Of a DNA stretch of 64,000 nucleotides, positions 61,843 through 64,000 are shown piece by piece; the first letter of the stretch is position 1; every line of letters starts with the position of its first letter. The DNA is from Escherichia coli. Lineage in GTDB: Bacteria; Pseudomonadota; Gammaproteobacteria; Enterobacterales; Enterobacteriaceae. The stretch lies in the NCBI RefSeq assembly GCF_044324785.1, contig NZ_CP172127.1. One strand, written 5' to 3'. Under the pieces are notes generated by a model. That model was not told where the DNA came from and did not search any database. It saw only the letters and a program-made list of their open reading frames with translations. Both the position numbers and the translations under genes were made by a program.

Positions 61843-62793
61843 ATGAGTATAAAAGAGCAAACGTTAATGACGCCTTACCTACAGTTTGACCGCAACCAGT
61901 GGGCAGCTCTGCGTGATTCCGTACCTATGACGTTATCGGAAGATGAGATCGCCCGTCTCAAAGGTATTAATGAAGATCTCTCGTTAGAAGAAGTTGCCGA
62001 GATCTATTTACCTCTGTCACGTTTGCTGAACTTCTATATAAGCTCGAATCTGCGCCGTCAGGCAGTTCTGGAACAGTTTCTTGGTACCAACGGGCAACGC
62101 ATTCCTTACATTATCAGTATTGCTGGTAGTGTCGCGGTGGGGAAAAGTACAACCGCCCGTGTATTGCAGGCGCTATTAAGCCGTTGGCCGGAACATCGTC
62201 GTGTTGAACTGATCACTACAGATGGCTTCCTTCACCCTAATCAGGTTCTGAAAGAACGAGGTCTGATGAAGAAGAAAGGCTTCCCGGAATCGTATGATAT
62301 GCATCGCCTGGTGAAGTTTGTTTCCGATCTCAAATCCGGCGTGCCAAACGTTACAGCCCCTGTTTACTCGCATCTTATTTATGATGTGATCCCGGATGGA
62401 GATAAAACGGTTGTTCAGCCTGATATTTTAATTCTTGAAGGGTTAAATGTCTTACAGAGCGGGATGGATTATCCACACGATCCACATCATGTATTTGTTT
62501 CTGATTTTGTAGATTTTTCGATATATGTTGATGCACCGGAAGACTTACTTCAGACGTGGTATATCAACCGTTTCCTGAAATTCCGCGAAGGGGCTTTTAC
62601 AGACCCGGATTCCTATTTTCATAACTACGCGAAATTAACTAAAGAAGAAGCGATTAATACAGCCATGACGTTGTGGAAAGAGATCAACTGGCTGAACTTA
62701 AAGCAAAATATTCTACCTACTCGCGAGCGCGCCAGTTTAATCCTGACGAAAAGTGCTAATCATGCGGTAGAAGAGGTCAGACTACGCAAATAA
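61843..62793 (+). CDS. coaA: Pantothenate kinase (type I)
   Basis: 316 aa from [25 protein letters not shown]...; P-loop GSVAVGKST; ORF track shows an upstream in-frame extension. Confidence 0.95.
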   Translation: MSIKEQTLMTPYLQFDRNQWAALRDSVPMTLSEDEIARLKGINEDLSLEEVAEIYLPLSRLLNFYISSNLRRQAVLEQFLGTNGQRIPYIISIAGSVAVGKSTTARVLQALLSRWPEHRRVELITTDGFLHPNQVLKERGLMKKKGFPESYDMHRLVKFVSDLKSGVPNVTAPVYSHLIYDVIPDGDKTVVQPDILILEGLNVLQSGMDYPHDPHHVFVSDFVDFSIYVDAPEDLLQTWYINRFLKFREGAFTDPDSYFHNYAKLTKEEAINTAMTLWKEINWLNLKQNILPTRERASLILTKSANHAVEEVRLRK

Positions 62794-62821
62794 TTTTCAG
62801 GGGAGCTAATGCTCCCCTATC

Positions 62822-63787
62822 TTATTTTTCCGCACTACGCAGGGATATTTCACCGCCCATCCAGGGTTTTATTATTCCATCCTGCTCAAGCAATAAAGCG
62901 CCCTGTTTGTCTATTCCGCGCGAAATGCCAAATATTTCTTTATCACCAATGATAAGTTTCACTGGGCGATTAATAAAATTATCCAGCTTTTCCCAGCGCG
63001 AAAGATAAGGTGCCAATCCTTCTTGCTCGAAGAGTTCCAGCGCCGCGCGTAATTCACGTATGAGCATGGCCGCCAACGTATTACGATCGAGATTGATTCC
63101 CGCTTCCTGCAGCGTGATCCACCCTTGATTAACGACACTCTCTTCAACACGACGCATTGCCATGTTGATCCCGGCACCAATGACTATTTGCGCCGCATCG
63201 CCGGTTTTGCCAGTTAGCTCCACAAGAATGCCTGCCAGCTTGCGATCCTGCAGATAGAGGTCATTAGGCCATTTAACACGAACTTTATCAGCACCCAGCT
63301 TGCGTAATACTTCCGCCATCACGATACCGATAACCAGACTTAAACCAATCGCCGCCGCCGGGCCTTGTTCCAGACGCCAGAACATCGACAAATATAAGTT
63401 TGCGCCAAAAGGCGAAAACCATTTCCGCCCCCGGCGACCACGGCCAGCCTGCTGGTATTCTGCAATGCAAGCATCGCCCGATTTAAGCTCTCCGATACGA
63501 TCAAGAAGGTACTGATTCGTGGAGTCAATCACTGGCAGCACGGCTACACTACCGCCATCCAGCTGACTCAATATCTGTTCTGCATTAAGTAACTGAATGG
63601 GCTCAGGCAGGCTGTATCCTTTACCCGGAACGGTAAAGACATCAACGCCCCAGTCACGCAGTGTCTGAATGTGTTTATTAATGGCCGCCCGGCTCATTCC
63701 TAACGTTTCACCCAACTGCTCACCAGAGTGAAATTCGCCATTCGCTAACAGCGCGATTAATTTCAGCGGAACGGTATTATCCTTCAT
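62822..63787 (-). CDS. birA: Biotin-protein ligase / biotin operon repressor BirA
   Basis: 321-aa [53 protein letters not shown]... Confidence 0.95.
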   Translation of the reverse strand: MKDNTVPLKLIALLANGEFHSGEQLGETLGMSRAAINKHIQTLRDWGVDVFTVPGKGYSLPEPIQLLNAEQILSQLDGGSVAVLPVIDSTNQYLLDRIGELKSGDACIAEYQQAGRGRRGRKWFSPFGANLYLSMFWRLEQGPAAAIGLSLVIGIVMAEVLRKLGADKVRVKWPNDLYLQDRKLAGILVELTGKTGDAAQIVIGAGINMAMRRVEESVVNQGWITLQEAGINLDRNTLAAMLIRELRAALELFEQEGLAPYLSRWEKLDNFINRPVKLIIGDKEIFGISRGIDKQGALLLEQDGIIKPWMGGEISLRSAEK

Positions 63788-64000
63788 GAAATCGTCTCCA
63801 CTGCGCTAACTTCACCTGATGCACCAATAAAGCGAACTTCAGGCTCAAGCCAGACATTAAATTTTTCACCCACTTTTTGTCTTACATGGTGTGCCAGTTG
63901 CACCACATCTTCGCTTTTTGCATTGTCTTCATTAATGAGAACTAACGCCTGTTGACGGTGCACCGCTGCGCCCCCCATTTGCCCCCCTTTTAGCTGGCAC
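63784..64000 (-). CDS. murB: UDP-N-acetylenolpyruvoylglucosamine reductase, C-terminal fragment (5' end outside window)
   Basis: Translation ...[33 protein letters not shown] ending 4 nt into birA start; truncated by window edge. Confidence 0.85.
   Translation of the reverse strand, partial: CQLKGGQMGGAAVHRQQALVLINEDNAKSEDVVQLAHHVRQKVGEKFNVWLEPEVRFIGASGEVSAVETIS

Overview
This window reads as an Escherichia coli-type chromosomal segment, the K-12 ~90-91 min region in reverse orientation, running from the 3' end of lysC to the 3' end of murB. It is almost entirely well-characterised core genome, and I do not find convincing evidence of a new biological system. All gene identifications are from reading the ORF translations and recognising RNA sequences by eye; no database search was run. 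Content: about 50 intact CDS (metH, iclR, aceBAK, metA, purHD, zraPSR, hupA, nfi, hemE, nudC, rsd, thiCEFSGH, rplKAJL-rpoBC, nusG, secE, tufB, coaA, birA), one complete rRNA operon (16S, tRNA-Glu, 23S, 5S) at the rrnE position, and the thrU-tyrU-glyT-thrT tRNA cluster upstream of tufB. Accessory or strain-variable content: (1) a ~6.4 kb interval between rluF and pepE carrying a complete L-sorbose PTS operon sorCDFBAME, which is absent from K-12; (2) the AT-rich ankyrin-repeat gene arpA between iclR and aceK; (3) apparent absence of yjaA and of yjaZ/htrC at their K-12 positions, judged from my memory of the K-12 map. No CRISPR array, IS element, integrase, prophage or recognisable defence genes were seen. 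The many long ORFs antisense to rpoB, rpoC, tufB, purH and others are treated as artefacts. RNA and regulatory-site coordinates are hand-counted and may be off by a few nucleotides.
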